Of a stretch of DNA of 64,000 bases, positions 1 to 10,168 are shown one piece after another (positions within the stretch are counted from its first letter, which is position 1; each line of letters begins with the position of its first letter). Position numbers and translations under genes: made by a program. Source of the DNA: Promethearchaeia archaeon (GTDB lineage: Archaea; Asgardarchaeota; Lokiarchaeia; Sigyniarchaeales; SOKP01); assembly GCA_029856045.1 (NCBI GenBank), contig JAHQWG010000016.1, positions 160,001 to 224,000 of the forward strand, read 5' to 3'. Below the pieces are notes generated by a model, which saw nothing but the letters and a program-made list of their open reading frames with translations, was not told the origin of the DNA and did not search any database.

Positions 1-1
1 T

Positions 2-1195
2 TATATTGAGGATCAACTAAAAAAATCTACTTTATTCATAGATGAAAGCAAATTAGATATAAATTTTATTCCCGAAGATTTACCTCACAGAGATAAAGAA
101 TTAATTCTTCTCTCGCAATTATTTCTCATATTAATAACACAACCAAATTCAGTTTCGAGAAAAGTTTTAATAACAGGTGGAATTGGTGTCGGGAAGACGG
201 TTACAATAAAACGATTTGGCCAAATAATTACGAACACAGCAGAAAAAAGAAATATTCCAATTGAATATTTCCATATTAATTGTAGAAAAGAAAGAACAGG
301 ATATAAAATATTAGTAAAAATTATGAAACATTTTAATAAAAACTTTCCTTCTAGAGGTTTTTCATCTCAAGATTTACTCGATTTGTTGAAGGATAATTTA
401 AATCGACAAAATAAGCATTTAATTTTGGTTTTAGATGAATTAAGTTATATAATTATGAAAAATGATGACATAATCTATGCATTAACAAGAATTAATGAGG
501 AGATGTTAAATGCTTCTCAAAGACTATCACTTATCGGAATTATTAAAGATATTTCAACTTTAAACAATTTAGATGAAAGTACATTAAGCACACTTCAAAG
601 TAACATTATTCATTTTAATAAATATAGTAAAAGTCAAATAATTGATATCCTAAAGTCTAGAGCAAAAATAGCAATAAAACATAATGTAATTGATGATAAT
701 ATCATTGATATGATCTCTAATTTAGTATATAAAAGGGGAGATATGAGAAAAGCGCTAGATTTATTATGGACAGCTATAAAGATTGCAGAGGAAAGAAATT
801 TAAAAAAAGTTTCACCAGAATTTGTTCGGTTAGCAAATAATAAAACAATATCAAATTTTTCACAAGATCTTCTAATCTCTATTGAATCTCATAAATTACT
901 CCTTCTTTTTTCAATCTTAAATCTCTTAGAAAAAAATAAACAATCTTATGTACTTATTTCAAAAATAAAAGAAGAATTTGATCAAATATGCGAATATTTA
1001 AAACTATCAATTATCTCCTATTCACAAATAATGAATTATCTTCATGAACTGGAAAAATATGGGATTATATCGATAAAAATTAAAAGTAAAAATATTAGAG
1101 GAAGACATGCCCAAGTAAGTATAAATGAATTTTCTCTCGAAATATTAAAAAATAAATTACTATCAATTTTTGAAAGTCGAGGGTTAAATATATGA
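2..1195 (+). CDS. cdc6: Orc1/Cdc6 replication initiator (5' end outside window)
   Basis: The frame stays open upstream of the listed 323 start: FIPEDLPHRDKE, Walker A ITGGIGVGKT, Walker B LILVLDE, sensor GDMRKALDLL, C-terminal winged helix ending in RGRH. Confidence 0.95.
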   Translation, partial: YIEDQLKKSTLFIDESKLDINFIPEDLPHRDKELILLSQLFLILITQPNSVSRKVLITGGIGVGKTVTIKRFGQIITNTAEKRNIPIEYFHINCRKERTGYKILVKIMKHFNKNFPSRGFSSQDLLDLLKDNLNRQNKHLILVLDELSYIIMKNDDIIYALTRINEEMLNASQRLSLIGIIKDISTLNNLDESTLSTLQSNIIHFNKYSKSQIIDILKSRAKIAIKHNVIDDNIIDMISNLVYKRGDMRKALDLLWTAIKIAEERNLKKVSPEFVRLANNKTISNFSQDLLISIESHKLLLLFSILNLLEKNKQSYVLISKIKEEFDQICEYLKLSIISYSQIMNYLHELEKYGIISIKIKSKNIRGRHAQVSINEFSLEILKNKLLSIFESRGLNI

Positions 1196-1482
1196 AAAAT
1201 ATAATTCAAAATAATTATACTATTGAAAATCTTTTCTGTTCAAGGGCGAGAGCCAAAATAATAAAAACTTTAGCTCTAAATAATGAACTAAATATATCCA
1301 AAATAATAAAAAATACAAATTTGAATCATTCTAATGTTGTAAATCATTTAAACTTCTTAAAAAAAATTAATTTTATTCAAGAAAAGAATTTTGGCCGAAT
1401 TAAAATTTATAGATATAAAGAAGAAAATTTGAAAGCCCATTGTGTTAAAAAGTTAATAGAATTGATAGAAAATATTGATTAA
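1192..1482 (+). CDS. Small winged-helix (ArsR-like) DNA-binding protein
   Basis: LFCSRARAKIIKTL...LNISKIIKNTNLNHSNVVNHLNFL...FGRIKIY wHTH pattern; overlaps the cdc6 stop (ATGA). Confidence 0.8.
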   Translation: MKNIIQNNYTIENLFCSRARAKIIKTLALNNELNISKIIKNTNLNHSNVVNHLNFLKKINFIQEKNFGRIKIYRYKEENLKAHCVKKLIELIENID

Positions 1483-1583
1483 CTTTAAATATAAGAATAT
1501 TACTCGAATATAATAAAATTCCTAAAACTAAATCCCTATAAATTATCTAGGTTAAAATATTTTAATATCAACTAATATTTGAA

Positions 1584-2225
1584 ATGATTTTTTTTATAAT
1601 TCTGTTAATAGTTTCTATTTACTTTTCAATTTTAGATCTTCGAAATCGAAGAATTCCAATAAAAAATTATAAAATTTTATTTCTAATCAGTTTATTTTTT
1701 ATTTTTTTTACATTTAATTCTCTTGATTCTGCCTTAATCCTTCTTTTTTTATTACAGATGATTTTTTTGTTTTTTTTTTGTTTTATTTTTTATGTGTTAA
1801 ATTTTATTGGGGGTGGAGATGCAAAATACATCTTTTTTATTTCAATTTATAATTTTTGTTACTCATTTGAAATAGTTAATTTAATCGATTTCTTTTCTAT
1901 TTTCATTTTAATTTATTTTTCATTACTCATACCAAATTTAGCAAAAAATCAATTTTATTCTCGTTCATTATATGAGCAATTTTTAATATTTTTTAATAGA
2001 AAGTGTTTCTTTATAGATTTTTATCTGAAATTGTGTTTCAAATTTTTTCCTTTAAAATCCATAAACAAAATTGATGATATTAAATATAAAATAAAATCAT
2101 TCTTAATTTTATTTGATTTTAAAACGGGTAATTTTTATTTTATTTCTCAGTATAAAATGCCTGTTATAATTGTGTGTTTTTTAGCGTATCTTTTCTATTT
2201 GACTCTGAATTTTTGTGTATTTTAA
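1584..2225 (+). CDS. Prepilin peptidase, A24 family (TadV/PibD-like)
   Basis: Multi-pass membrane protein with both catalytic Asp motifs, SILDLRNRRIP and IGGGDAK. Confidence 0.85.
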   Translation: MIFFIILLIVSIYFSILDLRNRRIPIKNYKILFLISLFFIFFTFNSLDSALILLFLLQMIFLFFFCFIFYVLNFIGGGDAKYIFFISIYNFCYSFEIVNLIDFFSIFILIYFSLLIPNLAKNQFYSRSLYEQFLIFFNRKCFFIDFYLKLCFKFFPLKSINKIDDIKYKIKSFLILFDFKTGNFYFISQYKMPVIIVCFLAYLFYLTLNFCVF

Positions 2226-2249
2226 ATAGATCAATTTATAATATAAAAT

Positions 2250-2558
2250 ATGTTATTGAAAAAAAAAACATTAGAAAAAGCTATAGATTTTATTTCCAAT
2301 ATTAATTTTGATGATTCAGAACAATTGAAGATTTTTAATAAAGTTAAAAAAATTATCTTAAATCTAAGGGATCCTGAAATATCAAAAAAAATAGAAGAAT
2401 TAAATGAATTATCTTCAGACTTACCTTTTATTGAGTTATTTAAACAAATTTTGGAGAAATTAACTATCGAACAATTGAATTCAATTTTTAAGCAGTTTAT
2501 AAATAATGAGGATCTCATTGATTATTTACAAGATATGCTTTTAGAAAAGATAATTTAA
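2250..2558 (+). CDS. Hypothetical helical protein
   Basis: ORF co-oriented with its neighbours and with typical composition; no recognisable motif. Confidence 0.6.
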   Translation: MLLKKKTLEKAIDFISNINFDDSEQLKIFNKVKKIILNLRDPEISKKIEELNELSSDLPFIELFKQILEKLTIEQLNSIFKQFINNEDLIDYLQDMLLEKII

Positions 2559-2646
2559 TCTTTTTAGGCAAAGAACTGTCTATCCAAATTATTGTAAGAT
2601 TTATTTTTTCGTTTTTTTTATAAATCATCTAATTTTTATATACATA

Positions 2647-3396
2647 ATGTCCATCTTAATCGATATTATTCTCGTTATGTGTGCATATCTTTATGTTTTA
2701 ACTGTGATATTAATCCCAAAGTATTTAAAAGAAAAGGGAAAGATTTCAAAATTTGCTGCACGCAAAACAGTTCACTTACTTGCTGGTCTTTCAATATTTG
2801 TAACTCCCTTTTTAGAATTTTATTGGTATTCACTTATAATTTCTGGCTCCATGATGCTCCTTACCTATTTAAGTTCTAAAGAGAGTAAAGTGAAACAATT
2901 AAAGAGTTTATTTGACGCAATTGGTGAGGAAGCTGAAGAGAAAGCTGGATATTTACAAGGACCATTTAATTACTGCCTTTCAATTTTTATTCTTATGTTA
3001 TTTTTTTCAATATTTGCTCCAACAATGTTTTATTTTCCAATTTCAGGAATTTTAATTATGATTATATCAGATACTCTTGCGAGTGTGGTAGGGAAAAAAT
3101 ATGGAAAAATTAAAATTAAAATTAAATGGACTCATACAGAAAGGACGATTATTGGCTCATTAACTCTTTTCTTAACAGCTTTTTTCTTATCATTTTTTTC
3201 TTATCTTTTATTCGGTGTCATTATTCCAACTTCTCAGCAGGTTATTAATATTGCTCAAGTTATCATTTTCTCATTTTTAACAAGCATTGTTGCAACAATT
3301 ACAGAACTATTATCACCAAGTACTTATGATGATTTAACTGTACCGATAATTACTACACTAATTATCTTTCTTCTTTCTTCGATTTTAATTGCTTAA
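2647..3396 (+). CDS. CTP-dependent polyprenol/dolichol/phytol kinase family membrane protein
   Basis: ARKTVHL, SDTLASVVGKKYG, RTIIGS and DDLTVP motifs of the SEC59/VTE5/Dgk1 family. Confidence 0.85.
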   Translation: MSILIDIILVMCAYLYVLTVILIPKYLKEKGKISKFAARKTVHLLAGLSIFVTPFLEFYWYSLIISGSMMLLTYLSSKESKVKQLKSLFDAIGEEAEEKAGYLQGPFNYCLSIFILMLFFSIFAPTMFYFPISGILIMIISDTLASVVGKKYGKIKIKIKWTHTERTIIGSLTLFLTAFFLSFFSYLLFGVIIPTSQQVINIAQVIIFSFLTSIVATITELLSPSTYDDLTVPIITTLIIFLLSSILIA

Positions 3397-3490
3397 CATA
3401 ACTTTAAATTATTGACTTGTCATTTTAAAATTAAAAGTGATAATTTAATAAAATTTGAAAAAGATAAATTTGATATAACTAGGGATTTAA

Positions 3491-3910
3491 ATGGAAATTG
3501 AAAAAAAAAGAGAAACAGTATGGAAATTAAAACAAAAAGAAAAACAAAAATATATTGAGTTAATTTCAGTTGAGGAATCTGGAGAAGTTAATCAAATTAA
3601 ATTGTCCTTAAAAAAAATGGAAGATGCAATAACAATTGAAATGAATAAAAGTGAATTTAATAATTTTTTATCAATATTATTAGCGTTTAAAGATGTAGTA
3701 ATTGGTTCAGAGATAAGTGTATTAACTCCAGATTTCAAAGATTTTGATGCAATAAAATCTCAAGAAAAAGAAGAATCTGTTTCTATTTCAGAAAAAAATG
3801 AGGTTATAGAAAAAGTTCCAGTACAAGAACTCACGGATGTTCAAGATAACGTTCCAAATGAAAAACTACATGAAGAGGAATTGAATCCTAAGGAATGGGA
3901 TCCCTGGTAA
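3491..3910 (+). CDS. Hypothetical protein with acidic tail ending EWDPW
   Basis: Clean ATG ORF; its last codons overlap the predicted SRP RNA 3' end antisense. Confidence 0.7.
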   Translation: MEIEKKRETVWKLKQKEKQKYIELISVEESGEVNQIKLSLKKMEDAITIEMNKSEFNNFLSILLAFKDVVIGSEISVLTPDFKDFDAIKSQEKEESVSISEKNEVIEKVPVQELTDVQDNVPNEKLHEEELNPKEWDPW

Positions 3911-4227
3911 TTAGAGTGATCTGATCCTTGAAAATAAAAAAGAAATTTTTATAGCATATTTCCATTCTTACCACCCGTCACCAATAAGCGTAAATTTTTT
4001 GATTTACGACTGCTCCATCCCTGACCTGGTCGGGTTCATCATCAATTGAGTATATTTCTCCTACAAGAAATATCTCAAAAATAACTTACCTAATTGGGCG
4101 AATGGATCATTGAAACATTAAATATGTATAAAAATCATTTTTAATTCCTCAGATCATTTCTCAATCCGTTATAGAGCATTTACGGTCCACCCAGTATAGG
4201 GTTTCAGGAATTGCCCTAGATTCCCAC
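3895..4227 (-). ncRNA. ffs: Signal recognition particle (7S) RNA
   Basis: Minus strand shows helix 8 GAACCCGACCAGGTCA-GGGA-TGGAGCAGTCG and helix 6 ATATTTCTT-GTAG-GAGAAATAT. Long-range pairings ATGATCTGA/TCAGATCAC and terminal GTGGGAATC/GATCCCAT; TTTATA about 30 nt upstream. Ends are approximate. Confidence 0.9.
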
Positions 4228-4335
4228 GATCAATAATAATATTTTTATTAACAAATATAAAGCTTATTATAAATGTAAAAAGGTTTTAAATAATTTATTT
4301 TGAAAAATCCAATGATAATCAATTAGAAAATGTAA

Positions 4336-4839
4336 TTAAGTTCTTTTTTTTTCAATTTTGAAAATACAACATCTCTTTTCCTTATCTGTTATCATACATT
4401 CTATCTCTGAAACAGAAGCACGATACAATGCAAATTCTCCAAAACCAGATAATATTCCAGACATGAAATAACAAATATATTTAAAATTATTCTCCATGTA
4501 TGATGAAATATTATGATATAATTTTAAAATTATAAGTTCCTCCGATATTTCTTGAGGTTCAATATTCCCCCATCCCATATTGCTAAACATTTCACAAAAT
4601 AGATCTGTTAAATCTTTAAGAGTTTTAGGTTTTAAATTTTCTTCCCAAATTTCTATTAAAACCCTACCCATTTTTTTACCTAACCATATTAATAAAGGTT
4701 TTACTCCCTCGCCATATATAGATGATAACAAATCTATAATCTGAGGAGGAAAAAACACAAATCTCTGATTAAATAATCTGTATATTCCATCAGAATATTC
4801 TAATCCCTTTAATTTTAAATCTTTCATCTTTTGATACAC
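4336..4839 (-). CDS. V4R (4-vinyl reductase)/Bet3-TRAPP-related domain protein
   Basis: GKKMGR, MGWG, CYFMSGILSG and EIEC...CIFKI match the V4R pattern. Confidence 0.85.
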   Translation of the reverse strand: MYQKMKDLKLKGLEYSDGIYRLFNQRFVFFPPQIIDLLSSIYGEGVKPLLIWLGKKMGRVLIEIWEENLKPKTLKDLTDLFCEMFSNMGWGNIEPQEISEELIILKLYHNISSYMENNFKYICYFMSGILSGFGEFALYRASVSEIECMITDKEKRCCIFKIEKKRT

Positions 4840-4915
4840 ATTGAGATCTTCTAAAATAATTAATATGTTTTTAAAATATTTTCACAAGTTTTTATAATTA
4901 TTTATATGATCTTTT

Positions 4916-5212
4916 TTGATTATGTTAAATTATAATCTGTCAATAATTATTGTTTTATTATCTTTTTTGTTTATTATATTTATTTTTTCAATATTTACGA
5001 CTAATATAGATGCATTGTTCATATTTATTTTCTACATGGTCTTAATAATCTATTTGAATCTAATTATTTTACAAAATTATATAGATTTAAAAAGTTCTAA
5101 TGATCTTCTTAATTTTAATTTTTTAACATTTCTGGCAAATCTTTCTTTTATTTGTGAATTTTTTATTGGAATCTTTATTTTAATTCAAGTAATATACAAA
5201 TTCATCACATAA
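4916..5212 (+). CDS. Possible small membrane protein
   Basis: Hydrophobic ORF filling the intergenic gap; could be an artefact of T-rich sequence. Confidence 0.35.
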   Translation: MIMLNYNLSIIIVLLSFLFIIFIFSIFTTNIDALFIFIFYMVLIIYLNLIILQNYIDLKSSNDLLNFNFLTFLANLSFICEFFIGIFILIQVIYKFIT

Positions 5213-6611
5213 AATTTAAGATATTTACAAAATTTAAACTAATTGAAAGAATAATTATAAAAATTAACACAAAAAATAAATTGGAAGTAAATATAATAAT
5301 TATTTTAGACTCTATGCCGATTATTTTAGAGAAATAATACCCACTTATAATGTTGCTTAATAAAAAGGATCCAAATATGAGTATCAGATCAAATGAATCA
5401 AAATTATTATAAAAAGGAATAGTTGTTGTAAATTCTGGATTATTTAAAAGATTAATATGATAAAAAAAAGATGGAAATACACCAGAAATGACCCCAAGAA
5501 TAAAAGGTAATAAAAAAATAAAGATTAAACTTTTAAATTTTTCACCTTTAATAATGATTCGTTTTCGCTTTTCTAATTTTTGATGCATTGATATTATTTC
5601 TAATAGATCCCAAATTTTATTTGCAGTATGATATGTATCTTCATGGATCATTTTTTTTACTACATTTAAAATCAGTTTGCAACGTGGTGATTTTAGATTA
5701 AAAATAAATGAATCAAGCATCTCTTTTATTGATATTGAATTTTTAATCAATAATGATATGGGATGTTCCAATTTTTTCTGAAAAAAAGTAGGTGTTTTTT
5801 TATACGCATAATATAATGCATCCTCGGGCGACGTTTTCCTTGATAACATAATTGCAAAATTTTTTAAAAATAATAAAAAACCATTAAACTCTCTTCTATT
5901 ATTTTTAGGCTCAGAGCTTAAAATCCCTAATAATTTTATATCCTCATTTAAAAATTTTGATGACAAATATCTAATAATAATGAAATAGAGAGGTATGATA
6001 AAGATTAATGAGAGAGATTTAATTTCTTGAAGTATTATGAGAAAACAGCTTCCTATCGGGAAAAATAAACCTATAAAGAAGATTATACTTAATTTTGATT
6101 CAACGCTTCGTATAAATGTTTCAAATAAATCTTCTGAATAGGAGTATTCATTTATTTTAACCAAATTAGTGTCTTCAAAATTATTAGAGATTAAGTCATT
6201 TACAAAACTTTGAAAATTTTTTGAAATGATATTTAAATTTTCTAACTCATTTTCTGGGTTTTTGCCAAATTGAATTTTTTTTATAATTGATTTAAAAAAA
6301 TTAGAAACTGGATAATTATATTTAGAAATAGATTCAATAAAATTAATACATTTATCGGAAATTGATGTAAAAAGGGAATTAATGAGAGCAAAATCTAAAA
6401 TTATTAATTTTAAGTAAGCATTAATATTTAACTCTTCATTTTTTAATCTTTTGTATAAATATATATTAAATATGTAAGTAATTATTATAGAAGAAATAAA
6501 AGAAAATAGGCAACTTATTTGAATTACAAACTGCATCTCCAAGATTTTAAAAATGATATTAAAATAAATTGAAAAAATAAAAAATAAGAAATAAAAAGTT
6601 AAAAAAACCAT
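5205..6611 (-). CDS. Type IV pilus membrane platform protein (T2SSF; TadB/TadC/ArlJ-like)
   Basis: Two cytoplasmic helical domains (IQFGKNPE; SRKTSPEDA), each followed by TM helices; downstream of the secretion ATPase. Confidence 0.8.
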   Translation of the reverse strand: MVFLTFYFLFFIFSIYFNIIFKILEMQFVIQISCLFSFISSIIITYIFNIYLYKRLKNEELNINAYLKLIILDFALINSLFTSISDKCINFIESISKYNYPVSNFFKSIIKKIQFGKNPENELENLNIISKNFQSFVNDLISNNFEDTNLVKINEYSYSEDLFETFIRSVESKLSIIFFIGLFFPIGSCFLIILQEIKSLSLIFIIPLYFIIIRYLSSKFLNEDIKLLGILSSEPKNNRREFNGFLLFLKNFAIMLSRKTSPEDALYYAYKKTPTFFQKKLEHPISLLIKNSISIKEMLDSFIFNLKSPRCKLILNVVKKMIHEDTYHTANKIWDLLEIISMHQKLEKRKRIIIKGEKFKSLIFIFLLPFILGVISGVFPSFFYHINLLNNPEFTTTIPFYNNFDSFDLILIFGSFLLSNIISGYYFSKIIGIESKIIIIFTSNLFFVLIFIIILSISLNFVNILNFM

Positions 6612-6783
6612 AGTAGTTGCTTTGTTTATATCGCTAATTAATAGATTATATTTAAGAAAAATTATTTTTGAATATCTTGAACTTGGCTTTTTAATTTTAA
6701 ATTGTGGAATTTTTTTATTTCGGAAGAAAAAACAGAAATTGCAATATAAATCAAGAAAACTAATAAAATAACACCTTTTATTT

Positions 6784-7185
6784 TTATAAAAAATTTAAGA
6801 AAATTACTTCTGAAATTATATATATTTTTAAAATGTGATAACCTGGGTTTTCATAAAAAAAATTTATAAATTGGTAAATAAATTCGTAAGTATATTCATG
6901 TTCAATATTATTTACAATAAATGTATACTTTATTCTATTTCCGGAAGCTAATAAACTAAAATTTTCTGGTATCTCAATAACGCAACTAAAATTTAAAGAG
7001 GGATTTTCAATTGTTCTTGTTATTCCAGAGTTAATAATAGATATACTTGTTAAATTATTTTTAATATCCGACTCAAGATTGTAATTCTCGATAAATTTAA
7101 AAAAGGGAGCAATTATAGAAAGAAAAATAACCAATATTGTAATTCCAAATCCAATCATAAGGGATTTCTCTAAAATTTCTGTCAT
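6784..7185 (-). CDS. Minor pilin-like protein
   Basis: N-terminal hydrophobic helix (EILEKSLMIGFGITILVIF) followed by a beta-rich domain; lies between the ATPase and platform genes. Confidence 0.6.
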   Translation of the reverse strand: MTEILEKSLMIGFGITILVIFLSIIAPFFKFIENYNLESDIKNNLTSISIINSGITRTIENPSLNFSCVIEIPENFSLLASGNRIKYTFIVNNIEHEYTYEFIYQFINFFYENPGYHILKIYIISEVIFLNFL

Positions 7186-9368
7186 AGCATATTTTTATTA
7201 TAATTTTTAAATTTAAAATCCCCTTTTTTTAAATTCTTCTTGATTTTCTCCCAAAATTGAATTAATTCCAAATAATTATTTTTTGATGCCAAAAATCCAA
7301 TAACATTAAAAATTGAAACTAAATCTGAGATTTTATTGGATCTAAATTTGGAAAGGAAATCAAAAATTTCTTTAAATAGGTTTATTATTAGATTAAAATC
7401 TTCTTCCGGTAGATGTTCATACTTTATTATTTTTTTTAATATATTCGTATGATAAAGGTTCTTTTTCCTCATCCAATTATTTGTCATTGGATTATAATCA
7501 AAAATCTTTTCAACAGAAATTCTGTTATTTACACTAATTTCTATAATCGCCACGATTTTTCGACCAATTGGTAATTTTTTCATTAAAATAATTAGATCTA
7601 AATCATTCAAACATATTTTTTCAATTTTAAAATGATATAGGAACCGATTAATTAATGCGGAAATATCTTTTGAATGAATTGTTTGAAACCCTCTTAATCC
7701 TGCGCTTAAACAATGAAATAAAGCTTTACACTCCTCCATTGTAAGAATCTCGCCCAAAAATATAACATCTGGAGTTCTATGTAATAAGGTTTGAATTAAA
7801 TTACTTTTTGTAAATTGAGAATTTTCAGTATTTTCTAATGATTGAGTTTTATATTTTACTTGATGCATATCAAATTTTAATTCATCTAATGATTCAACAG
7901 CATTTTCAACATAAATCTTTCGAAATTCTTTAGGTGTTAATAGATCAAATGCATTAATCAGAGTTGTTTTTCCTGTGTCTGTTTCTCCAGTCACTGTTAA
8001 ATTTATTCTCTTGATAATACAAAAGTATAAGAAGGAAGCAATTTCCGAGGATAAAGTTTGATAAAATATTAAATCAGGAATTGAAAAAATATTTTTATTC
8101 AATTTTCTTATATCTAAACAAAATCCATTCAATTGTAATGGGAAGATATCAATTGAAAATCTACAATAAAAATAATTATTTTTTATAACAGTTTTAACAC
8201 TAGGATGGTTTATATCAAGCCTTTCTCTACTATATAATCTCAAAAAGGTTTTAATTCTCTCAATTTCTTCCAAATCTAAGCTAATTTCTGTACGACATCG
8301 TCCATATATTTGATGATTAAGATAAATTTTATCATTTGGCTGATCTAAAAATATTTCTTCAATATAATCATCAATTAAAAGTGGTAATAATTTTTTAATG
8401 TTAAGTATATTAATAGATGAAAAAAAAGACAATTTATGCTTTTCACTGGTTGATAAATTTGGCATAATTTCATTCAAATAAATTAGTGAATGTTTTAAAA
8501 GTAAATCAACCAATTCTTGGAATGTGAGAATTTTATCAATTTTTAATGATTTTAAATAGCTACTAATTTTATTTATTATTTCTTTATAATAATCTGATTT
8601 ATTAGGATTTTCAAAAAAGATTTCAACTCGATATAATTTCTCAGTATGATATTTCCAATTATAAATTGATATTTGAAAGTATTTGCTTGATCCAATAAAA
8701 TATGTTTTTATAAGAATTTTATTTTCAATCAAATTTTCACAATTGAATAACTTACATTGAGTTTTTGCTTTTTCAGTAAATTTTTCTCTTGAATGATTCA
8801 AATCAAATGTTTTTTGGGTGCTTATTAGATTTTTAATAAGATTCAAAGAATCTAAGAGTAATAAGATTTTTTTAATATTTTCATTTAACTCATAAAACCA
8901 TTTTTGAAAAGAAAGATCATGACTATTTTTCTTTAAATTTAACTTGAGTTGTTTCCTTAATTTCTCATATAAAAAGAAAGGATCAATTTTTCTTAAATTT
9001 ATATCAAAATCTAACTCTAATTCAAAATATCGAAATTTTTTTCTGTCCCTATGGACTAACTTTTGAATCTTTTTAAATATTTTATTCAAATGCTTAAAAT
9101 ATTTAATATAATCTAAAAAATATGAAATATATTCATCTTCAATTATTTTATGATTTTGATGGTCAAATATTGTGCTTATTGTTTTATTTTGATATTTTAT
9201 TAAACAATTTATCAAACAAATACGACATTTACTATTAAATAAATGCGAACAATTATTAAGATGAAAATTAGAGCAGTTTAAACAATTTATTTTAATATTC
9301 CACAGTTTTTCATCATAGCTTTCTGAGAATACTGGGATTAGAAAGCAATTTTTAAGATTTTTATACAT
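7182..9368 (-). CDS. Type II/IV secretion ATPase (TadA/CpaF/ArlI-like) with Cys-rich N-terminus
   Basis: DDYIEEIF, LDIRK, Walker A TGETDTGKTT, PDVIFLGEI and His box QTIHS. Confidence 0.9.
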   Translation of the reverse strand: MYKNLKNCFLIPVFSESYDEKLWNIKINCLNCSNFHLNNCSHLFNSKCRICLINCLIKYQNKTISTIFDHQNHKIIEDEYISYFLDYIKYFKHLNKIFKKIQKLVHRDRKKFRYFELELDFDINLRKIDPFFLYEKLRKQLKLNLKKNSHDLSFQKWFYELNENIKKILLLLDSLNLIKNLISTQKTFDLNHSREKFTEKAKTQCKLFNCENLIENKILIKTYFIGSSKYFQISIYNWKYHTEKLYRVEIFFENPNKSDYYKEIINKISSYLKSLKIDKILTFQELVDLLLKHSLIYLNEIMPNLSTSEKHKLSFFSSINILNIKKLLPLLIDDYIEEIFLDQPNDKIYLNHQIYGRCRTEISLDLEEIERIKTFLRLYSRERLDINHPSVKTVIKNNYFYCRFSIDIFPLQLNGFCLDIRKLNKNIFSIPDLIFYQTLSSEIASFLYFCIIKRINLTVTGETDTGKTTLINAFDLLTPKEFRKIYVENAVESLDELKFDMHQVKYKTQSLENTENSQFTKSNLIQTLLHRTPDVIFLGEILTMEECKALFHCLSAGLRGFQTIHSKDISALINRFLYHFKIEKICLNDLDLIILMKKLPIGRKIVAIIEISVNNRISVEKIFDYNPMTNNWMRKKNLYHTNILKKIIKYEHLPEEDFNLIINLFKEIFDFLSKFRSNKISDLVSIFNVIGFLASKNNYLELIQFWEKIKKNLKKGDFKFKNYNKNML

Positions 9369-9455
9369 ATTAGAGTTTTCTACAAAAAATAATTTAAATT
9401 TCTACTTTTTTCGGAGTTTTTAAGTTTAAAATTTAAACAAAAAATGTGATATAAA

Positions 9456-9650
9456 ATGAAAATACAAATCAGAAATATAATTCTTAGATTGAAAAATTTT
9501 TTAAAAGATGAAAGCGCTGGCTCTCTATTAGAATATGGATTATTAATTGGATTTAGTATCTTAATTTTCATTATTATTATTGAAATAATCTTTTCAATGT
9601 TTGAATGGACAGGCACGCAGATCTCACAATTTTTTGATGTTATAGGATAA
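9456..9650 (+). CDS. Flp/Fap-type pilin
   Basis: 64 aa; basic leader FLKDESA, then GSLLEYGLL with E+5/Y+6 and a hydrophobic helix, which is the Flp motif. Confidence 0.85.
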   Translation: MKIQIRNIILRLKNFLKDESAGSLLEYGLLIGFSILIFIIIIEIIFSMFEWTGTQISQFFDVIG

Positions 9651-9688
9651 TTTGAGGTGCCAATCTTATTTCACAAAACTTAAAATCT

Positions 9689-9883
9689 ATGAATTTAGAT
9701 AAAAATCTTTTGGATGAAATAATAAATCGAATTAAAAATAAATTAGCAAATAAAAGGCAAATAATGTATTGTGATGTTATCAACTATATAGTTAGATCCA
9801 AATTAAAAGGGAAATCTTATGATAAGATAATAATTTGGTGTACTTATAATATCCGATTAGGACATTTATATATAAATTTTTAA
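9689..9883 (+). CDS. Small hypothetical protein
   Basis: ATG ORF directly after the pilin gene. Confidence 0.5.
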   Translation: MNLDKNLLDEIINRIKNKLANKRQIMYCDVINYIVRSKLKGKSYDKIIIWCTYNIRLGHLYINF

Positions 9884-10168
9884 AATCCTCATTATCAATG
9901 TATCACATATCAGATTTCTGATTCTCTATTGTTTTTTTAAAAAAATTTTATAGTTAGATTTGAAACTACTTTTGCAATGATTACAATCTAAACGAAATGA
10001 AGTTTAAACAAAAATTTAAAAAGTGAAAAACAATTCTTTTATTAATATCTAATCCATAATGAAATTATTGATAAAAAAATTAATATTAATGATTATATTT
10101 TTGTAATTTGATTAGAATTAGTTATTAACAAATATTTTGAGAAAACCTTTATTTTTGGCAGATATTAT

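Noticed and set aside
6612-6783. Possible frameshifted N-terminal extension of the pilus platform gene
   Set aside because: Two short open frames meet near an A5 tract, but there is no clear start codon or homology evidence to support it.
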